Origin: Scyliorhinus canicula
Lineage: Eukaryota
Assembly: GCF_902713615.1 (NCBI RefSeq)
Contig: NC_052162.1
Location: 103,133,811-103,197,810, forward strand
Length of the DNA stretch: 64,000 nucleotides
Direction of reading: 5' to 3'
In this document: piece after piece, positions 26,776-39,432 of the stretch
Numbering within the stretch: the first letter of the stretch is position 1
How the letters are laid out: every line of letters starts with the position of its first letter
Notes under the pieces: generated by a model
What the model was told of the DNA's origin: nothing
Databases searched by the model: none
What the model saw: only the letters and a program-made list of their open reading frames with translations
Position numbers and translations under genes: made by a program

Positions 26776-28402
26776 ATGCCACTCAGTAACAACACTGTTA
26801 GGAGAAGAATAGATGAACTGAGTGAAGATATTGAAACACAACTTGTTGAAAAGCTGAAATCAAGAAAATTCTCAGTACAAATGGATGAATCAACTGTGAG
26901 AGACAGTGAGGCATTATTGCTAACCTATGTAAGATATATTGATAAAGGTGAATTTGCTGAAGAAATGTTATTCTGCAAATTGTTAGAGACCACCACTACC
27001 GCCACTGATATATATAATAAACTAAAACACTACTTAGATGTCAATAATATACCAATGGAAAACATAACGTCTTGTGCAGCTGATGGTGCTCCTGTTATGA
27101 TGGGCAAGAAAAATGGCTGCTTAAAATTGATGAAAGATGAGAATCCGGAAATGCTTCTTGTGCACTGTGTTATTCATAGAGAGAACTTAGTGTCGAAAAA
27201 TATTTCTCCTGTACTTAATGAGGTACTCACAGAACTGACAGTGCAGAAGGAGGCCATTCAGCCCATCGTGTCTGCACCGGCTCTTTGAAAGAGCAGCCTA
27301 CTCAAGTCCACACCTCCACCCCATCCCCCTAACCCAGTAACCCCACCCAACACTAAGGGCGATTTTGGACACTATGGGCAATTTAGGATGGCCAATCCAA
27401 CTAACCGGCACATCTTTGGACTGTGGGAGGAAACCGGAGCACCTGGAGGAAACCCACGCACACACGGGGAGAACGTGCAGACTCTGCACAGACTCTGCAC
27501 TGAAATCAGTTATAAAATCTATCAATGCTATCAAAGCTAATGCCAAATGTGAGCATCTTTTCAAGCAATTTTGTGAAGATAACAATGCAGACCATGTGAG
27601 ACTTTTACTTCACACTGAGGTACGGTGGCTTTCGAAGGGGAATTGTTTGAAAAGATTCATGGAACTATTTGATGAGCTTAGTGACTTTTTAAGTGAAAAG
27701 CCTGAAATGAAGCACCTGCTAACCGTTGATGGAAAAGCGTTTGTGAATTATTTAGCAGATATTTTTGAAAAACTGAATGTGTTGAATAAACAACTTCAAG
27801 GAACAAATAAAACTCTTGTTGATGCAAAGGCGAAGATATTTGGCTTTATTTCATTTATCGAGTTATGCCAAAAACATATTTATGACAAACATTTTGACCA
27901 GTTTCATTGGCTAAAGAAATGTGAGCCGACTGATGCTGCTGTACTTGTCATTGTGGATCATGTGAAAATATTGGCCTCTGATTTGAAAGAAAGATTATCT
28001 GATTTAAAACAGATTGATTTTCCAACATGGGTGATGCAGCCAGTGCTAGTGGATCTATCTGATGTTTCAATGCAGTACCAAGAAGAACTCTCGGAAATAC
28101 AAAATGATGAGTCAGTTAAAACTTTATTCAACATAAAAGGAGCGATGGCATGGCTTTGTGATGAGACAGAAACTAAATACCCAAATTCAACAAGGTTTGC
28201 AAGAAAACTGTTGTTACCGTTCCCATCTTCATATTTAGCTGGTTTTAGTGCTGTAAATGATTTGCTACTGAAGAAAAGAAATCGACTGGATATCACTAAA
28301 CGAGGAGATTTGAGACTGAAGCTGACTAAATTATATGTTTTGAAACTTTATTTGCTGTTTTCGTATGAGACAATCCACAAATATTTCAATATTCTAATAT
28401 AG
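26776..28402 (+). pseudogene. hAT transposase, N-terminally incomplete and split by a SINE
   Basis: FSVQMDEST, ADGAPVM, HCVIHRENL, HTEVRWLSKG, FPSSY motifs. Confidence 0.9.
27229..27497 (-). mobile_element. 5'-truncated HE1-type SINE within the hAT transposase
   Basis: SINE core and tail interrupt NEV|LKSV. Confidence 0.85.
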
Positions 28403-28757
28403 AAATTTTCGCTCTCTTTATTACCTGTGAATACTCTTTTATTATCATATTTATCATTATTATTATTTTAATACCACATAATGTTTTTTCTTTTTTTTTT
28501 ACAATTTTTTAGTAATTTCTTGCTCAGAACTTTAACTGTCTTTTGTTTATTTTCTTTTTCTTTTTCATGGATGCCATGTTCTTTTGAAGCTTGTTTAAAC
28601 CAAGGTATTAGCGTTTTAAGCTTCTTCAGCTGAAACGGAGTTCACTTTTTAAATGATAAGAATGATATATCACCACATGGGGGGGGGGGGCATCAGGATT
28701 TTAGAGGTGATTAGGTGGGGCATGGCCAAAAAAAGGTTGGGAACCACTGATATAGAT

Positions 28758-31700
28758 GCTTCAGGAGAGATAGAGGGGGATGTAAAAGGGGTGGGGGAGT
28801 AGCATTACTGGTTAATGAGAATATTATAGCTGTACTGTGGCAGGACACCTCGCAGGTCTCATACAGTGAGGCAATATGGGTAGAACTCAGGAACAGGAAG
28901 GAAGCAATCACAATGTTGGGGGTCTATTACACCACCCCCCCCCCCCCGCCCCTCAACTGCCAGCGAAAGATAGAGGAGCAGATAGGTAGAGAAATTTTTG
29001 ATAGGTGCAAAAGTAACAGAGTTGTTGTGGTAGGAGGTTTTAATGGGACTCACTTAGTGCTCGGGCCTTGGATGGAGCAGAGTTTGTAAGATGTATCCAG
29101 GAAGGCTTCTTGATGCAATATATAGATAGCACAACTAGGGATAGGGCAGTACTGGGCCTGATATTGGGGAATGAGCCTGGACAGGTGGTTGAGGTTTCAG
29201 TAGGGGAACACTTTGGGCGTAGTGACCACAATTCCATAAGTTTTAGGGTACTTTTGGATAGGGGTGAAGTTAACCCTCACATTAAGGTGTTAAACTGGGG
29301 AAAGGCAACTTATGATAACATCAGACAGGAATTTAAAAATTTGGATTGGGTGTGGTTGTTGGAGGGTAAACCAACATCGGACATATGGGGGTCTTTCAAG
29401 CGACAGTTGATTAGGATTCAGAAGGATTCAGGAGAGAATGAAGGATAAGTATGGGAAGTTTAGGGAGCCATGGATAAAGCGAGTGATTGTGAACCTCATC
29501 AAAAGAGAAAAAGGAAGCTTTTGAGTATTTATGAAAAAATGAAAATCGCTTATTGTCACGAGTAGGCTTCAATGAAGTTACTGTGAAAAGCCCCTAGTCG
29601 CCACATTCCGGCACCTGTCCAGGGAGGCTGGTACAGGAATCGAACCATGCTACTGGCCTGCTTTAAAAGCCAGCGATTTAGCTTTGTGAGCTAAACCAGC
29701 CCCTAAATGAAAATCGCTTATTGTCATGAGTAGTCTTCAATGAAGTTACTGTGAAAAGCCCCTAGTCGCCACATTCTGGCGCCTGTCCAGGGAGGCTGGT
29801 ACGGGAATCGAACCGTGCTGCTGGCCTGCTTTAAAAGCCAGCAATTTAGCTCAGTGAGCTAAACCAGCCCCTTTTTATTGCAAAAGGACTGGAGTATAAA
29901 AGTAGAGAAGTGCTTTTGCAATTGTATAGGCCGTTGGTGAGACCACATTTGGAGTATTATGTCCAGTTTTGGTCACCTTAGTTGAGAAAAGACATGGTGG
30001 CATTGGAAGCAGTTCAGAGGAGATTCACCAGATTGATTCCGGGGAGGGGGTGGGTGGGTGGGGGGTCAGGAGGTGAGTGGGTGGGTGGGGGGGGTGGGGG
30101 GGGGGGGTCAGGAGGTGAGTTACTCACTGTCCGATTCTCCAATATTGACTGGGACTCACTGAGTGCTGGGGGCTTAGATGGGGCAGAGTTTGTAAGGAGC
30201 ATCCAGGAGGGCTTCTTAAAACAAGATGTAGATAGTCCAACTAGGGAAGAGACTCTCCTGGACCTGTTATTGGGGAATGAGCCCAGCCAGGTGGTAGAAG
30301 TTTCAATAGTGGAGCATTTTGGGAACAGTGACCACAATTCAGTAAGTTTAAGTGTTGGTGGACAAGGATACAAGTGGACCTTGGGTGAATGTGCTAATTT
30401 GGGGTAAGGCTAATTATAACAATATTGCATGGGAACTGCAGAACCTAGATTGGGGGCGGATGTTTGAGGGTAAATTAACATCTGACATGTAGGATGCTTT
30501 CAAATGTCAGTTGAAAGGAATTCAGGACCGACATGTTCCTGTGCAGAAGAAGGATAAATATGGCAAATTTTGAGAACCTTGGATAACAAAAGATATTGCA
30601 GGTCTCGTCAGGGCTGGGAACAGACAAAGCCTGTGTGGAATATAAGGAAAGTAGGAAGGAACTTAAGCAAGAAGTCAGGGGGGTCACGAAAAGTCATTGG
30701 CAAACAGGGTTAAAGAAAATCCCACGGCTTTTTACATGTACATAAAAAGCAAGTGAGTAGCCAGGGAAAGGGTTGGCCCAATGAAAGACAGGGGAGGGAA
30801 TCTATGTGTCGAGCCAGAGGAAATGGGCGAGGTACTAAATGAATACTTTGCATCAGTATTCACCAAAGAGAAGGAATTGGTGCATGTTGAGTCTGGAGAA
30901 GTGTGTGCAGATAGCCTGGGTCACATTGAGATCCAGAAAGACGGGGTGTTGTGCATCTTGAAAAATATTAAGGTGGATAAGTACCCAGGACCTGATGGGA
31001 TCTACCCTAGAATACAAAAGGAAGCAAGAGAGGAAATTGCTGAGGCCTTAAAATAAATCTTTGGATCCTCACTGTCTTCAGGTGATTTCCCAGAGGACTG
31101 GAGAATAGCCAGTGTTATTCCTTTGTTTAAGAAGGGTAGCAAGGATAATTCAGGGAACTACAGGCCAGTGAGCCTTATGTCAGTGGTAGGGAAATTACTG
31201 GAGAGAATTCTTCGAGACAGGATCTACTCCCATTTCGAAGCAAGTGGACGTATTAGCAAGATACAGCACGGTTTTGGGAAGGGGAGGTCGTGTCTCACTA
31301 ACTTGAGAGAGTTTTTCGAGGAGGTCACAAAGATAGTTGATACAGGTAGGGCAGGGGATGTTGTCTGTATGGACTTCAGTGAGGCCTTTCACAAGGTCCC
31401 TCATGGCAGACTGGTACAAAACGTGAAGTCACATGGGATCAGGGGTGAGCTGGCAAGATGGATACAGAACTGGCTAGGTCATAGAAGGCAGAGAGTAGCA
31501 ATGGAAGGGTGCTTTTCTGATTGGAGGGCTGTGACTAGTGGTGTTCCGCAGGGATCAGTGCTGGGACCTTTGCTGTTCGTAGTATATATAAATGATTTTG
31601 GAGGAAAATGTAACTGGTCTGATTAGTAAGTTTGCGGACGACACAAAGGTTGGTGGAATTTCGGATAGCGATTAGAACTGTCAGAGGATACAGCAGGATT

Positions 31701-32416
31701 TAGATCGTTTGGAGACTTGGGCGGAGAGATGGCAGATGGAGTTTAATCCGGACAAATGGGAGGTAATGCATTTTGGAAGGTTTAATACAGGCAGGGAATA
31801 TACAGTGAATGGTTGAACCCTCAAGAGTATTAACAGTCAGAGAGATCTAGGTGTACAGATCCACAGGTCACTGAAAGGGGCAACACAGGTGGAGAAGGCA
31901 GTCAAGAATGCATACGGCATGCTTGCCTTCATTGGCCGGGGCATTGTGTATAAGAATTGGCAAGTCATTTTGCAGCTGTATAGAACCTTAGTTAGGCCAC
32001 ACTTGGAGTACAGTGTTCAATTCTGGTCATCACACTACCAGAAGGACGTGGAGGATTTAATGAGGGTGCAGAAGAGATTTACCAGGATGTTGCCTGGTAT
32101 GGAGGGCATTAGCTATGAGGAAAGGTTGAATAAACTTGGTTTGTTCTCACTGGAACGATGGAGGTTGAGGGGCGACCTGATAGAGGTCTGCAAAATTATG
32201 AGGGGCATAGACAGAGTGGATGGTCAGAGACTTATTCACAGGACGGAGAGGTCAATTCCTAGGTTTAAGGTGCCAGCAGCAAGGTTTAGAGATGTACCAG
32301 GTAAGGTTTTTTTTTACACAGTGGGTAGTGGGTGCCTGCAACTCGCTACTGTGGAGGCGGTTGAAGCAGGGACAAAAGTGGTGTTTAACGGGCATCTTGA
32401 CATGAATAGGATGGTA
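28758..32416 (+). mobile_element. Mosaic of decayed CR1 fragments (with a second-family SINE tandem pair at ~29540-29870)
   Basis: APE and RT motifs in ORFs 29068, 29982, 30781, 31123 and 31889; rearranged order. Confidence 0.8.
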
Positions 32417-32600
32417 AGAAGTCTTCCAACACCAGGTTAAAGTCCAACAGGTTTGTTTCAAACCCGAGCTTTCGGAGCACAGCTCCTTCTTCAGGTCCGA
32501 AAGCTCGTGTTTGAAACAAACCTGTTGGACTTTAACCTGGTGTTGGAAGACTTCTTACTGTGCTCACCCCAGTCCAACACCGGCATCTCCACATCATGAA
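32417..32600. repeat. Head-to-head Penelope-type ends forming a palindrome
   Basis: AAGAAGTCTTCCAACACCAGGTTAAAGTCCAACAGGTTTGTTTCAAAC...GTTTGAAACAAACCTGTTGGACTTTAACCTGGTGTTGGAAGACTTCTT. Confidence 0.8.
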
Positions 32601-32980
32601 TAGGATGGGAATAGAGGGATACGGACCTCGGAAGTGTGGAAGATTTCAGTTTTGACGGGCAGCAAGGTCGGCGCAGACTTGGAGGGCCGAACGGCCTGTT
32701 CCTGTGCAATATTTTTCTTTGTTCTTTTCAATGCTGGGATGAGCCAACTTTTCTCCTTTTTGTGCAAGAGAGGAAGACAACGAAGCCTCAGTTTATTATA
32801 ATGGAAAGATCCCACAGTGCTGCGGAATCTACACTGCATATACATATTTCAGACTGGGACTCGCAACAACATGTTCCGGTTCTGAGACCAGAGTAAGCCA
32901 CAACTCAGTAAACGGATATCTGAAGAGCTTGGGTTGTTTTAAACAGATAATTCACAAAACCCGCATCATCCGGAGCTGTT

Positions 32981-33019
32981 AGTTTTTGTACAAGCGTGCA
33001 GTCACTCTGGAACGTGGTG
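32981..33019 (-). promoter_or_regulatory. 23-RSS of V2 (non-canonical heptamer)
   Basis: Nonamer ACAAAAACT at 32989-32981; a 23-bp spacer places the heptamer at CACCACG (33019-33013). Confidence 0.8.
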
Positions 33020-33327
33020 CTTCATAGCCGCGCAATAATACACGGCTGAGTCCGAAAGCTGGGTGTCTGTGATGTTCAAAGGTATGTTTGTGTTCATTCT
33101 GTCCTGTTCGGCAGAAAAGCGCTTTGCAAATGTCGGTGCGTTCTCTTCAATCCCAGCAGTGTGGCTGAGCAGCACATACTGAAGGCCCTGTCCCGAGTAC
33201 TGTACATACCAGAATAGGTAAGCAGCTGTGTATGTGGCAGGGTAGATACAGGGCAACACCACAGAATCCCCCTCACTCGCTACTACGGTTGGGAGATTTT
33301 GGAAAAGTTCCTCCTGCTGGCTCCGCG
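33020..33327 (-). CDS. TCR alpha/delta-like V exon (V2)
   Basis: Acceptor tttttttccAG, phase 1; RSQQEELFQNLPTVVASEGDSVVLPC...YLFWYVQYSGQGLQYVL...RFSAE...LNITDTQLSDSAVYYCAAMK, open throughout. Confidence 0.93.
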
Positions 33328-33349
33328 CTGGAAAAAAAGCAACAGAACG

Positions 33350-33760
33350 TTACAACACACACTAACTCTTTCACACACAGTATCTTCCATTCACAGACAC
33401 ACAGACTCTCCCTCACACAATCTCTTAAAATATCTGTCTCACACATATATTCTCTCACAAACACACACTCTCCCCCTCACACACTCTCATACATACCCAC
33501 TTTCTCTTTGATATACATACACTCACAGATACGTTCTCTCACACACACACTTTCTTCCTCTCACACACACTCGCTCACAGACGCTCTCACACATTTTCTC
33601 ACACGTACTAGCTCTCTGTCACACATACACACACACTCTATCCCTCTCACAGTCTCACATTCTCTCTCACACGTACACTCAAAGATACACAGACACAGGC
33701 CTGTGCACGTACAGATAAAAACATATACGCGCTCACATACAAACAAGCGAACACCCGCAC
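33350..33760. repeat. Compound (CA)/(CT) microsatellite in the V2 intron
   Basis: Degenerate CACA/CTCT runs. Confidence 0.85.
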
Positions 33761-34052
33761 TCGCTTGCAATCGTTCGCTGCGGGTGTTGTGGAGTTTTAG
33801 CCCCTCATTTAACTGATCCCAGGCTACCGTGGTGTTTTCATCATCCAAGACTACCGTTCCAGAGAAAAAAATAAGCGTTCACTGGAGCTGCGATTCTGAC
33901 AGTGGCAGGCAGCATTGTGGCTGCAAACTCATCTCAGGACACTCTGACTCGAGCCCAAGGACCCAGACCTCACCAGTGCAATAAATAAACATTGGAAGAA
34001 AATTGCAAAACAATAATGAAATAAAACAGTTATAATCGCACGAAATACCCAC

Positions 34053-34092
34053 TCGCTTGGAGAATTATGAAGAAAAATATCTTTGCTGACAT
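34053..34092 (-). CDS. Leader exon of V2
   Basis: ATG TCA GCA AAG ATA TTT TTC TTC ATA ATT CTC CAA GCG A|GTGGGT (MSAKIFFFIILQA); 40 nt, phase 1, in frame with the V2 exon. Confidence 0.75.
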
Positions 34093-34183
34093 TTTTCTGG
34101 TTCAGCAGACAAGGTGATAATCAGGAGGCACGTTTGTGCTGAAGTCTGTGCCAGGATTCGACACTGTACGGAAATGAGCGCTG

Positions 34184-34878
34184 CGCATGCAATCCATTTG
34201 TTACAACCTATTACCACCTATGTGCATGCAATCCATTTGTTACAGCCTATTACCACCTATGCGCATGCAATCCATTTGTTACAGCCTATTACCACCTATG
34301 CGCATGCAATCCATTTGTTACAGCCTATTACCACCTATGCGCATGCAATCCATTTGTTACAGCCTATTACCACCTATGCGCATGCAATCCATTTGTTACA
34401 GCCTATTACCACCTATGCGCATGCAATCCATTTGTTACAGCCTATTACCACCTATGCGCATGCAATCCATTTGCTGCAGCCTATTACCACCTATGCGCAT
34501 GCAATCCATTTGCTGCAGCCTATTACCACCTATGCGCATGCAATCCATTTGTTGCAGCCTATTACCACGTTTGCGCATGCAATCCATTTGTTGCAGCCTA
34601 TTACCACGTTTGCGCATGCAATCCATTTGTTGCAGCCTATTACCACGTTTGCGCATGCAATCCATTTGTTGCAGCTTATTACCACGTTTGCGCATGCAAT
34701 CCATTTGTTACAGCCCATTACCGTTGCACTTTCAATCCATTTGTTACAGCCTATTACCGCGTTTGCGTATGCAATCCATTTGTTGCAGCCTATTACCACC
34801 TTTGCGCATGCAATCCATTTGTTACAGCCTATTACCACGTTTGCGCATGCAATCCATTTGTTACAGCCCATTACCGCG
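34184..34878. repeat. 39-bp minisatellite, ~18 copies
   Basis: Unit GCGCATGCAATCCATTTGTTACAGCCTATTACCACCTAT; the repeat ORFs here (AHAIHLLQPITTY etc.) are by-products. Confidence 0.95.
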
Positions 34879-35063
34879 TTAAGAAGTCTTACACCACCAG
34901 GTTAAAGTCCAACAGGTTTGTTTCAAACACCAGCTTTCCGAGCACTGCTCTATAGGAAGGAGCAGTGCTCCGAAAGCTAGTGTTTAAAACAAACCTGTTG
35001 GACCTGGTGTTGTAAGACTTCTTACTGTGCTCACTCCAGTCCAACGCCGGCATCTCCACATCA
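34879..35063. repeat. Head-to-head Penelope-type ends forming a palindrome
   Basis: Same family as 32417-32600. Confidence 0.8.
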
Positions 35064-37379
35064 TATTACCACGTTGACAGCATGAGCATGAATCCGAGAT
35101 TGACAGCCAACATCGAAATTGCGATTGTCAACCTCCTCTTTGTGATGAGTCCCAGCATCCGATTAGTGCATTGCTGACAGGGGCGGGGCAAAAATACAGT
35201 GAGCGAAAGAAAGAAATCAAAGGTTACGATATTACGATTCCTGACCACACCCAACAGTGACTAACATACTGGACCGAAACCCCAATATTTTATTTTATTG
35301 AAGACTATGTGGAAAGAATACTTAACTTCAGGAGCGATTTCACGAAGAAATGGGGAGTTGATATTTTAAAACAAAACTTTATTGTTAGCACAGTATTACA
35401 ACCTTGAACATGACAGCCGAAAGTAGCTTACAATTACCCCTTGAACAACACTACTCAATAAAGTAAATCTAATACCCTTAATCTCCATATTGCCGATTAA
35501 GCAAAAAAAAAACACTCAATTCCTCCTACATCCCAATGGGACAGAGTAATACTTGCTTTACGGAACAGATTTCATTCCTGTTAGAACCCGCAGACTCTGG
35601 CTGGATATCTTCAAGAAGCTATTTCAACTGGTTTGTTTCTGCTTGCCCTTTGTCCGCAGGCAAGTCTGCCATGTATTAAATACTATTAATATTTATTTAA
35701 ATTTTCCTACTGTGAAATCAATCTCCCTTACTTATGTTAGCCAGATCAGAACCCAACTTAAAAATGCTTTCCCAAAATCTCTGAAAGCCTTAGCTCCACC
35801 CGTCTCCCCAAGCACCATCCCCCCAAACTGAAAGCCAACTGAATCCCAATGCAGAAAACGCATGAAATTCACAGTGATTACCCCTAGTCGAACAACATTG
35901 CATTGATCCAGGCTTTTACGATGGTGAATTTACCACTGTCTCCGATAAGCTTTCTGGTCTATCAAAACAAGATTGGAAAAAAATAACTACTGCAGTCAAA
36001 CACACTTGAGCCCAGGTTTTTAGCCTTTAGATTGCCAAATGTTTATAATCTAACATCTTGCATTTGGCACAGATAAAGACAAGTGAACACTCATATTTAA
36101 CAAACCGGGGTGGGTCAATTCAATACTTTGCATGAAAGGTTAGAAATTTACTAATAATACTCTACATACTCCAAACCCATGACCACTACCATCTAGAAGG
36201 ACAAGAGCAGCAGATATCTGGGAGCCCCACCACCTGGAGGCTCCCCTCTGCACAAACAATGTTCTTCTATGTTGGTATGGATCAGTTGCTGGCTGAAACA
36301 GGAACAGAAACGTGAACATCAATTCAGATATTTATCGACATTATTTCAGTCTTTGGATACAATGTCAGCTTACGGGTGATCTAAGTTCAAGGGTGTGATG
36401 TTATGCAGTCAGTTCATGCACTCGATGATTTCGGAACCAGATCTAGGATCATCTCCACCAGACACCCCATTGTTTTAGTTAGTCTGCCCCGCACAGCAGA
36501 ACACATACTGGGTATTGATTTTATGAATGCCCACAGCCTGTCGTTCGATCCAGTCAATCAGTGTGTCTGGAGAATGGCAAAATCGGACAGAGCACCCGCA
36601 ACTCTCACAGTGGGAGAGTATGCAAACAGGATTAGCGCAGTAGGCGACTATTGTTTCGACCCGACCACGCTTAGTACGGACAAACAGGTTAGGGCAGTTT
36701 TGAACAGACACAGGACAGCATTTGCCAGTCACCAGCACGACTGCGGCAGAATGACTGGACAAGTTCAAGTTACTGGACCTGACCCGAGACCACAGAGACA
36801 GTACCGATTTCCCCTAGAAGCAGAGGGAGAAATTGGAAAAGTTATAGAGAGCTTATTAGAGCAGGGTGTACTTAGGACAGTAGCCTCAACTAATAATGCA
36901 CCTATTTGGCCAGTGAGGAAGCCCGACGGATCATGACCATTGATTATCGGGAACTCAACAAAGTAACCCCAGCAGTAGCCCCCACGGTAGCAACAAGTCC
37001 CAAGACCATGCTCAAGCAGGGACTCCACTCCAAATATTTCACGGTATTGGACATTAGCAATGGCTTCTGGTCAATCCCATTGGCAAAAGCGTGCAGTACA
37101 AATTTGCCTTCACATTTAAAGGACAGCAAGGATTCCACAATTCACCCTCCATTTTCCACTGACAGCTGGCAAATGGATTAGCAACATTTTCCCGACCCGA
37201 ATGTCTGGTACAGTATGTGGACGACCTATTACTGCAGACAGACACCAAGGCAGAGCACATCACGCTTCTGTCCGAACTCCTGGAAATTTTACAAGACATT
37301 GGATGTAAAGTTAACCCCAGAAAGGCCCAAATATTAGAGAATCAAATTATGTATTTGGGTACAGTCATCACGCACGGCA

Positions 37380-39432
37380 GGGTCGGGTGCTTTTTGGCGC
37401 CGCCATTTTAGCCCCGATCTTTTGGCGCCATTGTTTTGGCGCTAGTTGTTATGGTGCTCATTTTTTTGGCCCACCACGGTTTGGCGCCAAAATTAAAATT
37501 TAAGCATGTAAATAAATGGAAACTAGGATTTAAGATGAATTAGCTTGTGATACCAATCAATTATCCCTAACAACAGCGGGATTCTCCGTTTCATAGAATG
37601 TTGATAGTCTGCTAGGGTCCTGGAATGAAATTAAACTAGGATAAAAAACAAACCCTTTATTCGGGATAAAAAAACGAAACCTTTATTCTGGACAAAAATA
37701 CGAAATCTTTATTCTTGATAAAAATACTAAACCTTTATTCTGGCATAAAATATTTATGTAAAAGATATAATTAAAACTCAGTAATTTAATATATTTCGTA
37801 ATTGTGGGCTATACCATGCAAATATTCTAGTGGTTCTCTCTCATCAAACTGGCGCACAATATTCAAAATGCGCTCGTCAGCTCTCACATACTTAAGAAGT
37901 TTTTGTTTTGGAGCATGGCCAGCAACCAATTGTTCATAACATGCATCTCAGTTGTTTTGAATTTTTCTCAGTCCATCAATGAATTTCCATATAATTGGGT
38001 GGTGAACTCCTAATTCCGCATATACCTTTCTATGTGCTGCTTCTGCGTGATTGTTAGTTCGGTCCTCTCCGTTGATTGTGCGATTGTACTGGTTCCACAT
38101 CTCTGAAGGAAAAAGAGGGGGCCGCCTGCCATTGCCTCTTCTCATTGGTCATCCTACGTAATTATCTTCAAACCAGTTAAGCAGCAATTGAAGTTCTACC
38201 GGCAAGTCTTCGGACAGGGTATCTATGTAGTTATCCAAGTGAGGAACAGGCACGAAACATAAGGCTATGATCATTTTAGCTCTTAAAGCAAATTCGGAAT
38301 CACTGTTATATAAAACCTGGCACCCAATCTGTTTAAGGTGCTTGTACACATTATGAGCGAAATGGAAGAAACTCCTGGAAAACATTCTTCCATTGCAGAA
38401 ATAGCTGCCTGTTCAAAGTCACAAGAAATTCTTCCCGGATTTAATCCTGGGATTGCGTCATGAACCATCTGAAACATGCGTACATATGTTGCACGCCTTT
38501 TATTTGGTAATAAGGCATATAAAACTGGATGAACTCCTCCATGCCTTCTTCCCATAATTACATAAACCTGTGTAAATAACGGAGGAGATAATTTAAAGGT
38601 CCCATCAACATACCACACTTCAGAATCTAATAGAAACACAGTCCAGCTCTGTCTCCCAAAAATTAAAATTCTATCATCTTCATGACCACTGTCTGCTATT
38701 AAAAAGTTCTCACGTTCACCATTGTTCTTCATATAATGTTGTAATCATCAGGGATCACTAATTCACGAACATGAACAGGATTTGGAGGAACGAGGTTCAT
38801 TTGATTTCTTCTTCTCCTTACAATTTGCTTCATTGCGTCTGCAGTTGGAAGTACTCCTTGAGCGGCTTGAGAAATATTTTCCGTACAAGAACTTAAAATT
38901 GCCGATGGTTGATCTTGACTCTCTCCAGCCCGGCGCTTTACACTTGTTTTAACTACAGCTACTTCCACGCTTGCTGCTGAAGCACCATGAGAATGCTCAT
39001 TTATTTCCTTTATCACTTCATTGTTTTTAGTGTGTATACGGGCTTTGCACTCGTTCTTGTTTTCACATCTCCAAAACTTCATCAAAGTGTCCTTCTTGCT
39101 ATGCTTGTCGAACACATATAGATATCCATTGTGAGAAAATTTAGGTTTGTCTTTCTTACTTAAAATACTTTCAGCCATTTCTACTACTTTTAAATTTTTA
39201 CAGTGAAATTCTAAGACTATGTTGCGCTACAGAACTAGGTGGAATTCTGGTGGAACTAGGTACAGAACTACATTTAAAATGTTGGTTTTAAAAGTGGGTA
39301 ATTAAGTAGGTAATTAAGATTCGGCGCCAAATCGTTGAATGCCAAAACAATCAGCGCCAAAACAATTCAGCGCCAATAAAACAGCGCCAAAAGATCGGCG
39401 CCAAAATGGCGGGGCCAAATGGTACCATTCCC
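37380..39432 (-). mobile_element. MULE/MuDR-type DNA transposon inserted in RT of element A
   Basis: Imperfect TIRs (GGG...TTTGGCGCCGCCATTT / AAATGGCGGGGCCAAA...CCC), many TTTGGCGCC subterminal repeats; the host frame ITHG|KREIE is interrupted. Confidence 0.85.
37786..39178 (-). pseudogene. FLYWCH-MULE transposase, frameshifted
   Basis: GYLY...FWRCENKNECKARIH (FLYWCH); YVDGTF, LYALLPNK, ISCDFE, FFHF, RTNNHAEAAH. Confidence 0.88.

Larger units (their letters stand above)
26375..28749 (+). mobile_element. hAT (Charlie/Buster-like, SCAND3/ZBED5-type) DNA transposon
   Basis: TIRs CAGTGGTTCCCAAC / GTTGGGAACCACTG; perfect 8-bp TSD ATATAGAT (26367-26374, 28750-28757); inserted in a CR1 APE region. 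Confidence 0.95.

Noticed and set aside
34114-34905. 263-aa and 231-aa repeat ORFs, or a CRISPR-like array
   Set aside because: A pure 39-bp tandem repeat with no unique spacers; a stop-free unit gives open frames automatically.
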